Shown here: one piece after another, positions 8,256 through 16,556 of the stretch
How the letters are laid out: the number at the start of each line of letters is the position of its first letter
Position numbering within the stretch: the stretch's first letter is position 1
From: an uncultured virus (IMG/VR IMGVR_UViG_2700989551_000001)
Taxonomy: Duplodnaviria; Heunggongvirae; Uroviricota; Caudoviricetes
IMG/VR virus record: IMGVR_UViG_2700989551_000001
Reading direction: 5' to 3' (one strand)
DNA: 20,000 bases
Translations under genes and position numbers: made by a program
The notes under the pieces: model-generated
Database searches by the model: none
What the model was told of the DNA's origin: nothing
What the model saw: the letters and a program-made list of their open reading frames with translations, nothing else

Positions 8256-9176
8256 CTAGCCGAGCGCGTCCCTGACCTTGACGACGATGTCGAGCAACGG
8301 GGACAGGAGACCCGTCGGCCCGTACGTCCTTCGCAGCCGATCGTATTCGACGCACGCGTCCCGGACGGTCACGTCCCAGCCCTCACGGGCGATTAGCGGA
8401 TACCGGCCGGCCGTGTTCAGGCTGCGGCGCACCGGCCCGAACATCAACCGGTATCGGAGCCATGCGAGACGCGGCCGCGCGGAATCCTCCAACGTTCGCG
8501 CCCGGTCGAGGATGAGCGTCGCACCGTAACGCAGCATGCAGGCGCGAACCGTCATGTCAAGGTCCTCCGCGTCGCCGGTCCGGTACGTCCACCCGGGGTA
8601 TGGGACGCGACGGGAGCGCATGCCGTCCATCAGGCCGCGCCGTTCCCGCCCGGCCACGCATACGCTGGCGCTTAGGCCGGTGGCCCGGCCCATGACCATG
8701 AGCATCGCGGAATCCCCCGCCGTCCGCCCCATGACCAGGCTCCGCTCGGAATAGCGGAACGGGGACCGATCCCGTCTCCACGAGGCGTCCCGATGGAAGT
8801 AGCGCGCCGGGTTCGCGTCGAACACGCCGTGCCCGATGAGGAACGGCCGTATCGTGATATGCCCCTGTCCCGTCATGGCGGCCCATGGTACGCGCGTCCG
8901 AACCGGCCGGTCCCGTCGTGTCCCGTGATGCGGCCGGGGGATGGCATCCCAGCCGGCCGCGTAGCCGACGGCCAGGAGCATGAGGCGCGGAGCCCACACG
9001 CCGCCGGCGGCGAACGGGGCGAGCACGGCGGCGAACAGGGCGAGACGCGCGGGCCATGGGCCGGGGCCCGCCGCCCGCGCCCACCGTTCCCGGCCCGCGT
9101 CCAGGAGCATGAGGGGGACGAGCCAGCGCAGCAGGATTCCCGCGGCCGGCCAGAACAGGATGACGATCGGGGTCAT
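8256..9176 (-). CDS. Hypothetical membrane protein, paralog 1 (N-terminal TMs plus soluble domain)
   Basis: GGGAGG then ATG 9176. Shares RPFL, GRxTGLSA, PYPxWT.RT, ACMLRYGA, PRLA and YGP.G with 10040..10957. Confidence 0.8.
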   Translation of the reverse strand: MTPIVILFWPAAGILLRWLVPLMLLDAGRERWARAAGPGPWPARLALFAAVLAPFAAGGVWAPRLMLLAVGYAAGWDAIPRPHHGTRRDRPVRTRVPWAAMTGQGHITIRPFLIGHGVFDANPARYFHRDASWRRDRSPFRYSERSLVMGRTAGDSAMLMVMGRATGLSASVCVAGRERRGLMDGMRSRRVPYPGWTYRTGDAEDLDMTVRACMLRYGATLILDRARTLEDSARPRLAWLRYRLMFGPVRRSLNTAGRYPLIAREGWDVTVRDACVEYDRLRRTYGPTGLLSPLLDIVVKVRDALG

Positions 9177-9218
9177 GCCTCCCGTATGCGTCCGTCCGGA
9201 ACGCATACGGGAGGCATG
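9174..9218. promoter_or_regulatory. Perfect 18-bp inverted repeat carrying ACGCATAC-GGGAGGC-ATG outward on both strands, between divergent genes
   Basis: CATGCCTCCCGTATGCGT (9174-9191) and ACGCATACGGGAGGCATG (9201-9218). Confidence 0.75.
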
Positions 9219-9264
9219 CAGCAGGGGACGCCCGTCCCCGCACCCACAAGGAAAGGAAACCGTC

Positions 9265-9960
9265 ATGACCGATCAGGAGCCGGGAGCCCAGCTCACCCAA
9301 TCATACGAATCCCAGTCATACGCGCCGCAGGAGAGCAAGCGCCCCGAAATCGCGACCGTCGCGTTCGGCGGATACCGGACGGAGGATGTGGACCGTCTGG
9401 TCGACCAGTACGAGGAGAGGATGGCCGGATACCGGCGCAGCCTCGCCCGGCAGATCGCGATCGCCGACAACCTGAGGAACCTGAACACGCGGCTGACCGC
9501 CCAATTGGAGGCCGCCTGCCGGGAACGCGACGAACTGCGCCACCGGGCGGAAAGCCCGTTCGAGGCGGCCGGCAAGGCCGCGCAGGACCTCGTCGACAAC
9601 GCGAGGAACACGGCGCGCGACACGATCGCGGAGGCGCGGGCGCAGGCAAAAGGCATCCTCGACGAGGCGAACGCGAAGGCGGGGGACGTCGTCGCGTCCG
9701 CGAAGCAGACCGCCGACGGGCTCGCCGAGGAACACAAGAGGGAGCATGACAAGGCGATGGCCGACCTCGCCGAGCAACGCGACGCGTTGAAGACGGAGCA
9801 CGCGAAGGCCATGGCCGACATCGAAACGCGCCGCAAGGACGCGCAGGCCGCGATCGCGGAACGCGAACGACGGGCGGGGGAACTCGAACAACGGGCCAGA
9901 GGGACGGTGGACGAGATCCGGGAGACCCTGAAGAACGCGATCCGCACGCTCGACGACTGA
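9265..9960 (+). CDS. DivIVA/Wag31/GpsB-like coiled-coil protein
   Basis: SD AAGGAAAGG. DivIVA-type motif FGGYRTEDVDRLVD followed by a long Ala/Glu/Arg coiled coil. Confidence 0.75.
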   Translation: MTDQEPGAQLTQSYESQSYAPQESKRPEIATVAFGGYRTEDVDRLVDQYEERMAGYRRSLARQIAIADNLRNLNTRLTAQLEAACRERDELRHRAESPFEAAGKAAQDLVDNARNTARDTIAEARAQAKGILDEANAKAGDVVASAKQTADGLAEEHKREHDKAMADLAEQRDALKTEHAKAMADIETRRKDAQAAIAERERRAGELEQRARGTVDEIRETLKNAIRTLDD

Positions 9961-9986
9961 AAACAAACGGGATCAAAGGGATGCGG

Positions 9987-10018
9987 GTGCCGGGCTTGAA
10001 CGGCGACGGGCCCGGCAC
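9987..10018. terminator. Hairpin between convergent genes
   Basis: GTGCCGGGC / GCCCGGCAC stem between the stops at 9960 and 10040. Confidence 0.55.
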
Positions 10019-10039
10019 GCTTCGATAGGATGGCCGGGA

Positions 10040-10957
10040 TCAGCCGCGCACCGTCCTGCGGAACCCTCCTATCAGATCGGCCAGGCGCCGCACCGCCCCG
10101 ACGGGCCCGTATTCGTGCAACGTCGCGTCATACAGTTCGCAGGCGAGCCCGATGTCCTCGCCCCAGCCGTTCGCCCCGATCAGCGGGTTGAAACGATCCG
10201 CATGCGCCAACGCCCGGCGGATCGGGGCGCAACGGCATCGCATGACCAGGCACGCCAGACGCGGATGGGCGTCACGGCACGCGTCACGGGACAGGCGGGT
10301 CAGCACGTCGGCCCCGTAGCGCAGCATGCACGCGTCAGCGAACATGCCGGGATCCGCGCCCCTCGTCCGGCACGTCCAATCCGGATACGGCAGGATACGG
10401 GTCGCCATCATGCGTATCGCCGGATGTTCGGCGGGCCGGCCGTAACCGATGCAGGCGGACAGTCCGGTGACCCGGCCGACCACGAACACAAGGCCCATCC
10501 GACGAAGGACCGTGGACCGTTCCGGCAGTCCGCGCCCGTCCGGAACCCGTTTCCACCCCCTGCCGAGGAAACGGGAGGGCATGCCCGCGAACGGCCCGTT
10601 GTCTTTGAGGAACGGCCTCACTTCGATCTCGTCGTCTTCCATGGGCCCGTATGATACGCGGCCAGGCAGGTTCCTCGCGCCCGTCCCGTCACGATCCGGA
10701 CGTCCGGACGCATGCGGCGGGGACGGGAGCCGGCCGCCGACGGCGACGCCGATCGTCAGGCAGGCGAGCCGCATCCCCCACACGTCCGCGCCCAGCAGCC
10801 AGGCGAGGATTGCCGCGCACGCGGATACGTGGACGAGACCGTGCCGTCCCATCCATGCGCCGGACCGGATCAGACCGATCCGGCGCATGGACGCGGGTAT
10901 GGCCGGGCGGACGGCGACGCCCAGGAGCATCCACGCCCAGACGTTGACGGGCGTCAA
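10040..10957 (-). CDS. Hypothetical membrane protein, paralog 2
   Basis: GAAAGG SD, TTG start overlapping the MTase stop (TTGA). Aligns end to end with 8256..9176 (305 vs 306 aa). Confidence 0.8.
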   Translation of the reverse strand: MTPVNVWAWMLLGVAVRPAIPASMRRIGLIRSGAWMGRHGLVHVSACAAILAWLLGADVWGMRLACLTIGVAVGGRLPSPPHASGRPDRDGTGARNLPGRVSYGPMEDDEIEVRPFLKDNGPFAGMPSRFLGRGWKRVPDGRGLPERSTVLRRMGLVFVVGRVTGLSACIGYGRPAEHPAIRMMATRILPYPDWTCRTRGADPGMFADACMLRYGADVLTRLSRDACRDAHPRLACLVMRCRCAPIRRALAHADRFNPLIGANGWGEDIGLACELYDATLHEYGPVGAVRRLADLIGGFRRTVRG

Positions 10958-12264
10958 ACGGCGAGCCTTTCGCGTACGCGGAGCGCCCAGTCGACCGCCA
11001 TGGCGGCCTGCGGGGGCACGACCCCGTTGCCCAAGGCGCGCAGTTGGAGGTTCCTGTGATTGCCGTCCACATGCCGCCAGATCGCCGGATCGGTGACCCA
11101 GCCGTCCTCCAGGCCCATCATCCATTCCACGAACCTCGGGGATAGGTGGGCGGCCGACGGGAACCGGGGGCCTTCGAATCGGGTCTTCCAATAACCGAGC
11201 ACGCTTTTGTCGGGCAGACGGGTCGCGGGGATCGGGATGTCCGGGTCCATGTCCTTGCAGCCGGGCCAGAACATGGGGTCGATGAGGCTCATCCCCCGGT
11301 CGGTTTCACGCCAGAGCGCGAGCATGCGGTCGCGCATCGGCTGGTCCAGCCGGGCTTTCGGATGCGCGTCGAACGGGGCGTGGCGGGCGAGCCAGTACGG
11401 TTCGAACAGCGTGGGGTCGTCGGCGTTCGCCCCGACCCAGCGGCGCAGGCCGCCGGTCGCCTGCGTGGGGCAGGGGGCGGGACGGCCGGACACCCGCTCC
11501 CAGCGGCGGATCGCGGCGGCGAACCGGCCGAAGCGCACGCCCCGCCCGTCGTCCAGACCCCAGAGTCCCCCATGGTAGGGGCCGGGCGCGGGGATCGCGC
11601 GCGTCCCCTGTTCGACGGCGCCGGTCATGCATGTCTGGTCGTTCCTCTGATTGCGGCCTTTCACGTCGCTGGCGCGCGGCGTGGGCATCATATCCACATC
11701 ATCCGTCATCACGTCCTCCCTCAGGTTCCCGGTCGAATCGCGTCGGCTCCCGTCCCGGTCGCCGCGACGCAGGACGCGTTCCAACGCGGCCCCGTCGCGG
11801 GGCGCGATCGCATCCATGCAGTTCGGCGTGGCGAACAGGCGGGCTTCCGGCAGGATGTCGATGTCGTCGCTCTTCTCCGCCCAGTCGGCGCACGTGACCG
11901 CATGCCCCATGGCCGCGCGGCGTTCCGGGATCATCGTGCCCCCGTTCCACTCGTTCGACGTGGGCGTGGGCAGGTGGTCGATGTCGTCGCGCAGGTTCCG
12001 GTAGCCGGCGCCTTTTCCGGCGCGCGGCCGTTCCGCATCCGCATGCGGGGGCAGCATGTCCATACAGTTCGGCGTGCCCGGCAGTTCGTTTTCGCTCATG
12101 CCCGTCGTATGCGTTCCCATGATCCGGATCTCCCCCGCGTCGAGGATCGCGTTCACCAGGGCGACGCCCCGCCAGTTCTCCCCCGGCCGCCAGCAGCCGC
12201 GCACCGTATGCCGGGTCGCGTCCATCACCGTCGGCGTGGGCAGCCACAGATCGTCATCAGTCAT
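10954..12264 (-). CDS. C5-cytosine DNA methyltransferase, C-terminal part (variable-region repeats plus motifs IX-X)
   Basis: Five (L/M/F)xTP repeats, then LSPRFVEWMMGLEDGW (motif IX) and QLRALGNGVVP (motif X). Motifs I-VIII are absent. Confidence 0.85.
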   Translation of the reverse strand: MTDDDLWLPTPTVMDATRHTVRGCWRPGENWRGVALVNAILDAGEIRIMGTHTTGMSENELPGTPNCMDMLPPHADAERPRAGKGAGYRNLRDDIDHLPTPTSNEWNGGTMIPERRAAMGHAVTCADWAEKSDDIDILPEARLFATPNCMDAIAPRDGAALERVLRRGDRDGSRRDSTGNLREDVMTDDVDMMPTPRASDVKGRNQRNDQTCMTGAVEQGTRAIPAPGPYHGGLWGLDDGRGVRFGRFAAAIRRWERVSGRPAPCPTQATGGLRRWVGANADDPTLFEPYWLARHAPFDAHPKARLDQPMRDRMLALWRETDRGMSLIDPMFWPGCKDMDPDIPIPATRLPDKSVLGYWKTRFEGPRFPSAAHLSPRFVEWMMGLEDGWVTDPAIWRHVDGNHRNLQLRALGNGVVPPQAAMAVDWALRVRERLAV

Positions 12265-12367
12265 GGCCACGGGTATGCGTCAGGCGGGGCAGGCGTATCG
12301 GATCATGGAAACGGGACGGTCCCCGCCGTTCCAGACCCTTAGTCTTGGCCGCATGGACATCATCCGC

Positions 12368-12402
12368 TTGACTTCCTCCCCCGCCTAAAGAGGCGGGAGT
12401 CT
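12368..12402 (-). mobile_element. Orphan IS200/IS605-family right-end-like hairpin (no tnpA or tnpB)
   Basis: Minus strand reads AGACTCCCGCCTCTTTAGGCGGGGGAGGAAGTCAA: a subterminal hairpin ending in TCAA, as in IS200/IS605 right ends. Confidence 0.6.
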
Positions 12403-12738
12403 GCGCCACCCAAACAAAGATCGAGACTCCCAGTATTTCCTTCATGCCCGATCCTCCCCCATGCCAATCCAATCTCACGAAATCGCGGGAATGGCCGAAC
12501 AAGGTCTTCCCCTGATGGTCACGAACATGGACGGGTGGTCGCCCATGTGGTCAAATACGCGAACGAGGCGGGGCGAGCCCATGCCGCTGCGATCCCGGTT
12601 CGGGTATCCGCTTTCCATACGAGGATCGCGCGATCCGGCTGGAATGGCGCGAGACGGGGCCCGAAGGGCCTATGGACAAAGAAACCCGGCATGCCCGCGA
12701 TTTCTCCATGCGCAACGAAGCCGACCATGCCCCGGGTC

Positions 12739-14268
12739 CTACAGGAGATTGATCGCATCCGCCAATCCGAGCTGCGCGCCCCGCCTCCGGCGGCGGACCG
12801 CATCCTCCGCTGTGCCCGCCTTCACGCTGTCGTACAACGCGTTCGGCGTGGGCAGCATGACGGCCGCCGTCCGCAAATCCGGCGCCCCGTCCCCGTGCAC
12901 GCCCGCCCCGTTCGCATCGTTCGCCCTCGGGGTCGGCAGCTTCGAATCATGCTCCCTGACCTTCTCCGGGTCCATACGGCCCGGCAGGTCCATGAGACGC
13001 ACCTGCGTGGACAGGAACGTGCTCCTGCCCAACGGGCGCCCCGACGTGGCCGGGGCGGCGAACACCCCGTCCGACTGCTTCGGCGTGTACAGGAACCCGT
13101 CGGCCGGGATCCCCGCAGCCTGCGCGGGCAGGGGCGCATCCCCCGTCCCATACGCCTGGCCCGGGCCGCCCTTCGCCCCGTCGGACGCCTTCGGCGTCGC
13201 CAAAACGGAACCGGCCGCCGGCTCCGGGACCTTCAGCCACGATTCGGGCACCGTATACACGCGGCCGGCGGCCATCACGCCGGACTTCGGCCACGCGTCC
13301 ATGAACACGTCCACGTCCCCGAACAGATCCGGCTCGCCCGTCGTCCACACATCCCTGTCCGCATCCCACACGCCCCATGCGCGCCCCCTCGGCCTCATGG
13401 GCGGCAGTTGGGCGAGACGCCTCAGCCGGGCGTTCGACGGTTCGCGCGCCGACTTCGGATCGCGCGGCCATGCGGTCACGAAGATGCGCAGCCTGTGGTG
13501 GGGGGCGCCGATGTCGGCCGCCTCAAGGCCTCGCCACACCGCGTCGTAGCCCAGATTCGCCAGATCGCCCAGCACACGGCCGAGCGCCCGGATCGTGGGC
13601 GCCGTATGCACGCCGGACAACCGTTCGTCATCCGCCAGCACCATGTCGCCCCTCACCTCGAACACGCGGCGGCCGCACTGCCTGCACGTGACGGGCGAGC
13701 ACCGCTCCGGATCCGCATGCAGGAAACCGCGCAGGACGACGGCCAGGGGCTGCGAGGTTTCCTCCTTGGGATCCGGGGCTTCGAATCCGTCGGGCAGTTC
13801 GAGGTCCGGAATTTCGCAGGAGCATAATCCGGCCTTGTCCAACGCTTCGGAGCGGAGCGCGTCCATGCGCTCGTCCTCCTTGGAGACGCTGATGCCGCTC
13901 AGGAGTCCGGCCACGTTCTCCGCGACCACGAGACTGGGGCGGATGATGCCGATTCCCTTGGCGTAGTCGAGCCACAGGCCGCTTCGCGTTCCCGCCTTCA
14001 ACCCGGCACGGAACCCCGCAAGAGAAAGGGACTGGCAGCAGAATCCGCCAGCCATCACCTCGATGTCCTTGTATTTCTCCCAGTCGATTTTCGTGATGTC
14101 GCCCAATCGGCGGGCTTTCGGCGCGTGATGGGAGCCAAGGGCGAGAGGCCCGGGTTCGATGTCGGACCATCCGACCAGTTCCCCCTCGCCGATCGCCTTG
14201 GATACGCCGATGTCGAGGCCGAGATAGCCGGAGAACAGGGAAATCGTCTTGTATGTCTTGTTCTGCAT
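12739..14268 (-). CDS. C5-cytosine DNA methyltransferase, N-terminal part (motifs I-VIII plus four variable-region repeats)
   Basis: SLFSGYLGLDIG (I), GDITKI (III), GGFCCQSLS.AG (IV), RSGLW (V), ENV (VI), PHHRLRIF (VIII). Ends without motifs IX-X. Confidence 0.9.
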   Translation of the reverse strand: MQNKTYKTISLFSGYLGLDIGVSKAIGEGELVGWSDIEPGPLALGSHHAPKARRLGDITKIDWEKYKDIEVMAGGFCCQSLSLAGFRAGLKAGTRSGLWLDYAKGIGIIRPSLVVAENVAGLLSGISVSKEDERMDALRSEALDKAGLCSCEIPDLELPDGFEAPDPKEETSQPLAVVLRGFLHADPERCSPVTCRQCGRRVFEVRGDMVLADDERLSGVHTAPTIRALGRVLGDLANLGYDAVWRGLEAADIGAPHHRLRIFVTAWPRDPKSAREPSNARLRRLAQLPPMRPRGRAWGVWDADRDVWTTGEPDLFGDVDVFMDAWPKSGVMAAGRVYTVPESWLKVPEPAAGSVLATPKASDGAKGGPGQAYGTGDAPLPAQAAGIPADGFLYTPKQSDGVFAAPATSGRPLGRSTFLSTQVRLMDLPGRMDPEKVREHDSKLPTPRANDANGAGVHGDGAPDLRTAAVMLPTPNALYDSVKAGTAEDAVRRRRRGAQLGLADAINLL

Positions 14269-14311
14269 ACGCGGCTGTATGCGTTCCGAGGCATTCGAAA
14301 AAACCCGTCAG

Positions 14312-14366
14312 CCGTTGCAGATGACTTCGCCCTAGCGACAAGCTAAAACAAAGTCATCTGCAACGG
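14312..14366 (-). terminator. Perfect 16-bp inverted repeat, terminator of 14368..14772
   Basis: CCGTTGCAGATGACTT / AAGTCATCTGCAACGG immediately after the stop, with a T6 tract shortly downstream on the minus strand. Confidence 0.7.
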
Positions 14367-14367
14367 A

Positions 14368-14772
14368 TCAATCCTCGACGATCCCGTCGAGCGTCCATTC
14401 GCATGCATAATAGGGTCCGTTGTCGGTCATCCACCCGTCCTTCCCGTCCGCCGGACGCCCCTCGTAGCGGCTGATGTCGGCGATGGCCGGATCGTCGGTC
14501 TTGTGGAGGCGGATGAGGTCGCCCGGCTCCGGTTCGCGCCGTACGGCCTCGGGCAGCACGGCGTCCGGGTCGGGGAACGCGGAGCCGTCCCCGATCCAAT
14601 GGTCGGTGCAGTCCGAGTCCACGATGTAGGGTTCGCCCGCATCGGTCCTGCCGGCCAATGCGGGGCGGAAGCGCGTCCATTCGTCGCCGTCCCGTTGGAT
14701 CAAGATCCCGCCTTTGATGCGGTCGAGGAGGCTTGCGGGCAGGTTCTCCCAACCGATGATGTCCTCGTTCAT
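14368..14772 (-). CDS. Acidic hypothetical protein (134 aa)
   Basis: MNEDIIGWENL... with GC3-biased codons. The start is preceded by the motif variant ACGCATGC-N8-ATG. Confidence 0.7.
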   Translation of the reverse strand: MNEDIIGWENLPASLLDRIKGGILIQRDGDEWTRFRPALAGRTDAGEPYIVDSDCTDHWIGDGSAFPDPDAVLPEAVRREPEPGDLIRLHKTDDPAIADISRYEGRPADGKDGWMTDNGPYYACEWTLDGIVED

Positions 14773-14923
14773 GCCCGCGCGCATGCGTCCCCGACGCATG
14801 GCCTCCGGTTCCGCGGCCCGCCGTTCCGGAAGGGCGACGTGGCGCGCCTGCTGGCCGAGGGGCATGTCACGCACGTCCCCGTCGGACGGTTCCGGGTCGG
14901 GCGGGGGCGCATAGCCGGATCGC

Positions 14924-16003
14924 ATGGTCATGGACAGGAACAATCGAAGCCACCGGGCGAAGGGCCTCCCCCAAGGGTGTGCGGGCACCTTCGAGCCGGC
15001 GTCCGGCACGGCGGGCGGAGACGTCATGCCGCCCGCCGCCGAGGATCTCGACCCGAAACGCTACGGGCACAAGAGGGCCGTCAGGCTTGTGAACTGGCGG
15101 GTCGAACACGATCCGACCAGCCTGTGGCTGCAAGACCGGCTCAAGGCCACCATGCCCGGCGTGGACGCGGACGGCAACCCGTTCGACTACCGGGACGAGC
15201 CGGTGCTCGACCCGGCGGCCGAGGCGCGCATGATCGACGACGCGGTCTACCGGGAGGATGCGGACGGACGCCCGCACTACGGGCGGATCATGCGCGCCCT
15301 CGCCTCCTGGTATCCGAACGAGGCGGAACGCTTCGACATGGCGCGCAGGATCGCGGAGGACCGGTGCGACGCGCTGCGACGCAACGTGATCGGCGACCCG
15401 GCCCGATGCTACTCCGCCAGGCTCGTCGGCTACGCGCTCACCCGCCCCGTGCGCATGGAGGCGATCCTCGCCCGTCCGCCCTACAATCTGAGCGCGCACC
15501 GGATGCGCGTCGGCAAACGGTACATGGACCGGATCGGCGCGTACGCGCGCGAACACGGCGGACGACTGCCCGACAAAAGGCAGCGCGACCGGATCTGGGA
15601 CGAGAACATGGGCGACTTCATCCACGAGAAGATCGCGAAGGGCGTCCAGTACGGGCGCGGCATGTACTATTCCGACGGGTCGAACGCGCGCCCCGAATAC
15701 CATGGACGCCCGCCCCGTCTGGACGCGGACGGGAACCCGTTCAACGCGCGCGAGGACTTCGAACGCATGCTGGCCGCCGGACGTGCGGAGCTCGGTCGGA
15801 CGCCCGCCGAATTCGACGACGTGGTCAACAGGATGGACGCGCATGCGGCGTTCGCCCCGGGGGGCGCGGACGCGCACGCCGCATGGGCGGAGGCGCGCCG
15901 GCGCGGCCTGGACGTGCGCCTGGTCGAGGCCGCGCTCGACGTGGACGCGTCGGACGCGGCCGCATGGGAGGCGGAGTATCAGGCGAGCTCGGGCACCCGG
16001 TAG
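14924..16003 (+). CDS. Hypothetical helical protein with N-terminal HRAKGLPQGCAGTF motif and repeated DADGNPF
   Basis: 359-aa ORF with strong GC3 bias, preceded by GCGCATAG-N9-ATG. Confidence 0.8.
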   Translation: MVMDRNNRSHRAKGLPQGCAGTFEPASGTAGGDVMPPAAEDLDPKRYGHKRAVRLVNWRVEHDPTSLWLQDRLKATMPGVDADGNPFDYRDEPVLDPAAEARMIDDAVYREDADGRPHYGRIMRALASWYPNEAERFDMARRIAEDRCDALRRNVIGDPARCYSARLVGYALTRPVRMEAILARPPYNLSAHRMRVGKRYMDRIGAYAREHGGRLPDKRQRDRIWDENMGDFIHEKIAKGVQYGRGMYYSDGSNARPEYHGRPPRLDADGNPFNAREDFERMLAAGRAELGRTPAEFDDVVNRMDAHAAFAPGGADAHAAWAEARRRGLDVRLVEAALDVDASDAAAWEAEYQASSGTR

Positions 16004-16500
16004 GTGCGGGGCACGGCCGCGCCCGCGGGCCACATGTCATGGTCGCGGGCGAACCTGACCGTCACGTTGACGACGGTCCCGGGCATGGGGCGGGCGAGCA
16101 TCGCGTCCAGGCCCTTTTTGTCGCCGGCCAGCCAGAACACGAGGAGCGCGAGGTCCATGGCGCCGGCCGCGCATCCGGGCCTCGTCCCGACGAGCGTCGA
16201 AAGCGTGTCGCGCGCGGCCGTCAGCCGGCCGGGCCTGGGCGTGACGGGGATGGGACGGCGGCGCAGCACGTCCATCGCCTCCCCCATGCCGGCGGGCAGG
16301 CGCGGGTGATCCGCGGCGCGTGCGGCGAGCGTGCGCGCGTCGCACGTCGGGTCGAGGAGGGCGAGCGCCATCATGTCGCGTCCCCTGGGATCGTTCAGGC
16401 CGGCGGCGAGCCGGTCGGCGGTCTGGTCGTTCATCCACGTGCCCGCGCCGCCTTCGAGGCGCGCGATCCACTCGTTGGCCAGGTTCATGTAGTCTTCCAT
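15979..16500 (-). CDS. Hypothetical protein resembling the C-terminal part of the DUF4192 family
   Basis: SD GGAGGA before ATG 16500. LAAGLNDPRGRD and ALLVFWLAGD recall DUF4192 patterns; the family call is tentative. Confidence 0.6.
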   Translation of the reverse strand: MEDYMNLANEWIARLEGGAGTWMNDQTADRLAAGLNDPRGRDMMALALLDPTCDARTLAARAADHPRLPAGMGEAMDVLRRRPIPVTPRPGRLTAARDTLSTLVGTRPGCAAGAMDLALLVFWLAGDKKGLDAMLARPMPGTVVNVTVRFARDHDMWPAGAAVPRTYRVPELA

Positions 16501-16556
16501 TGCCGTTCCTCCGTTTCGACGGTGTTGTGCGCCCCCGGGTATGCGTTCCCCGTCCG

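Noticed and set aside
8656..8663. Perfect ACGCATAC inside a CDS on the antisense strand
   Set aside because: No start codon at the usual spacing. Treated as a background occurrence and counted as an exception to the motif pattern.
13592..13895. Intein in the C5 MTase
   Set aside because: No C-terminal His-Asn followed by Cys/Ser/Thr and no recognisable splicing blocks.
13939..13948. 10-nt match (GCGGATGATG) to the putative omega-RNA guide inside the MTase gene
   Set aside because: Too short, has no TAM-like flank, and is compatible with chance.
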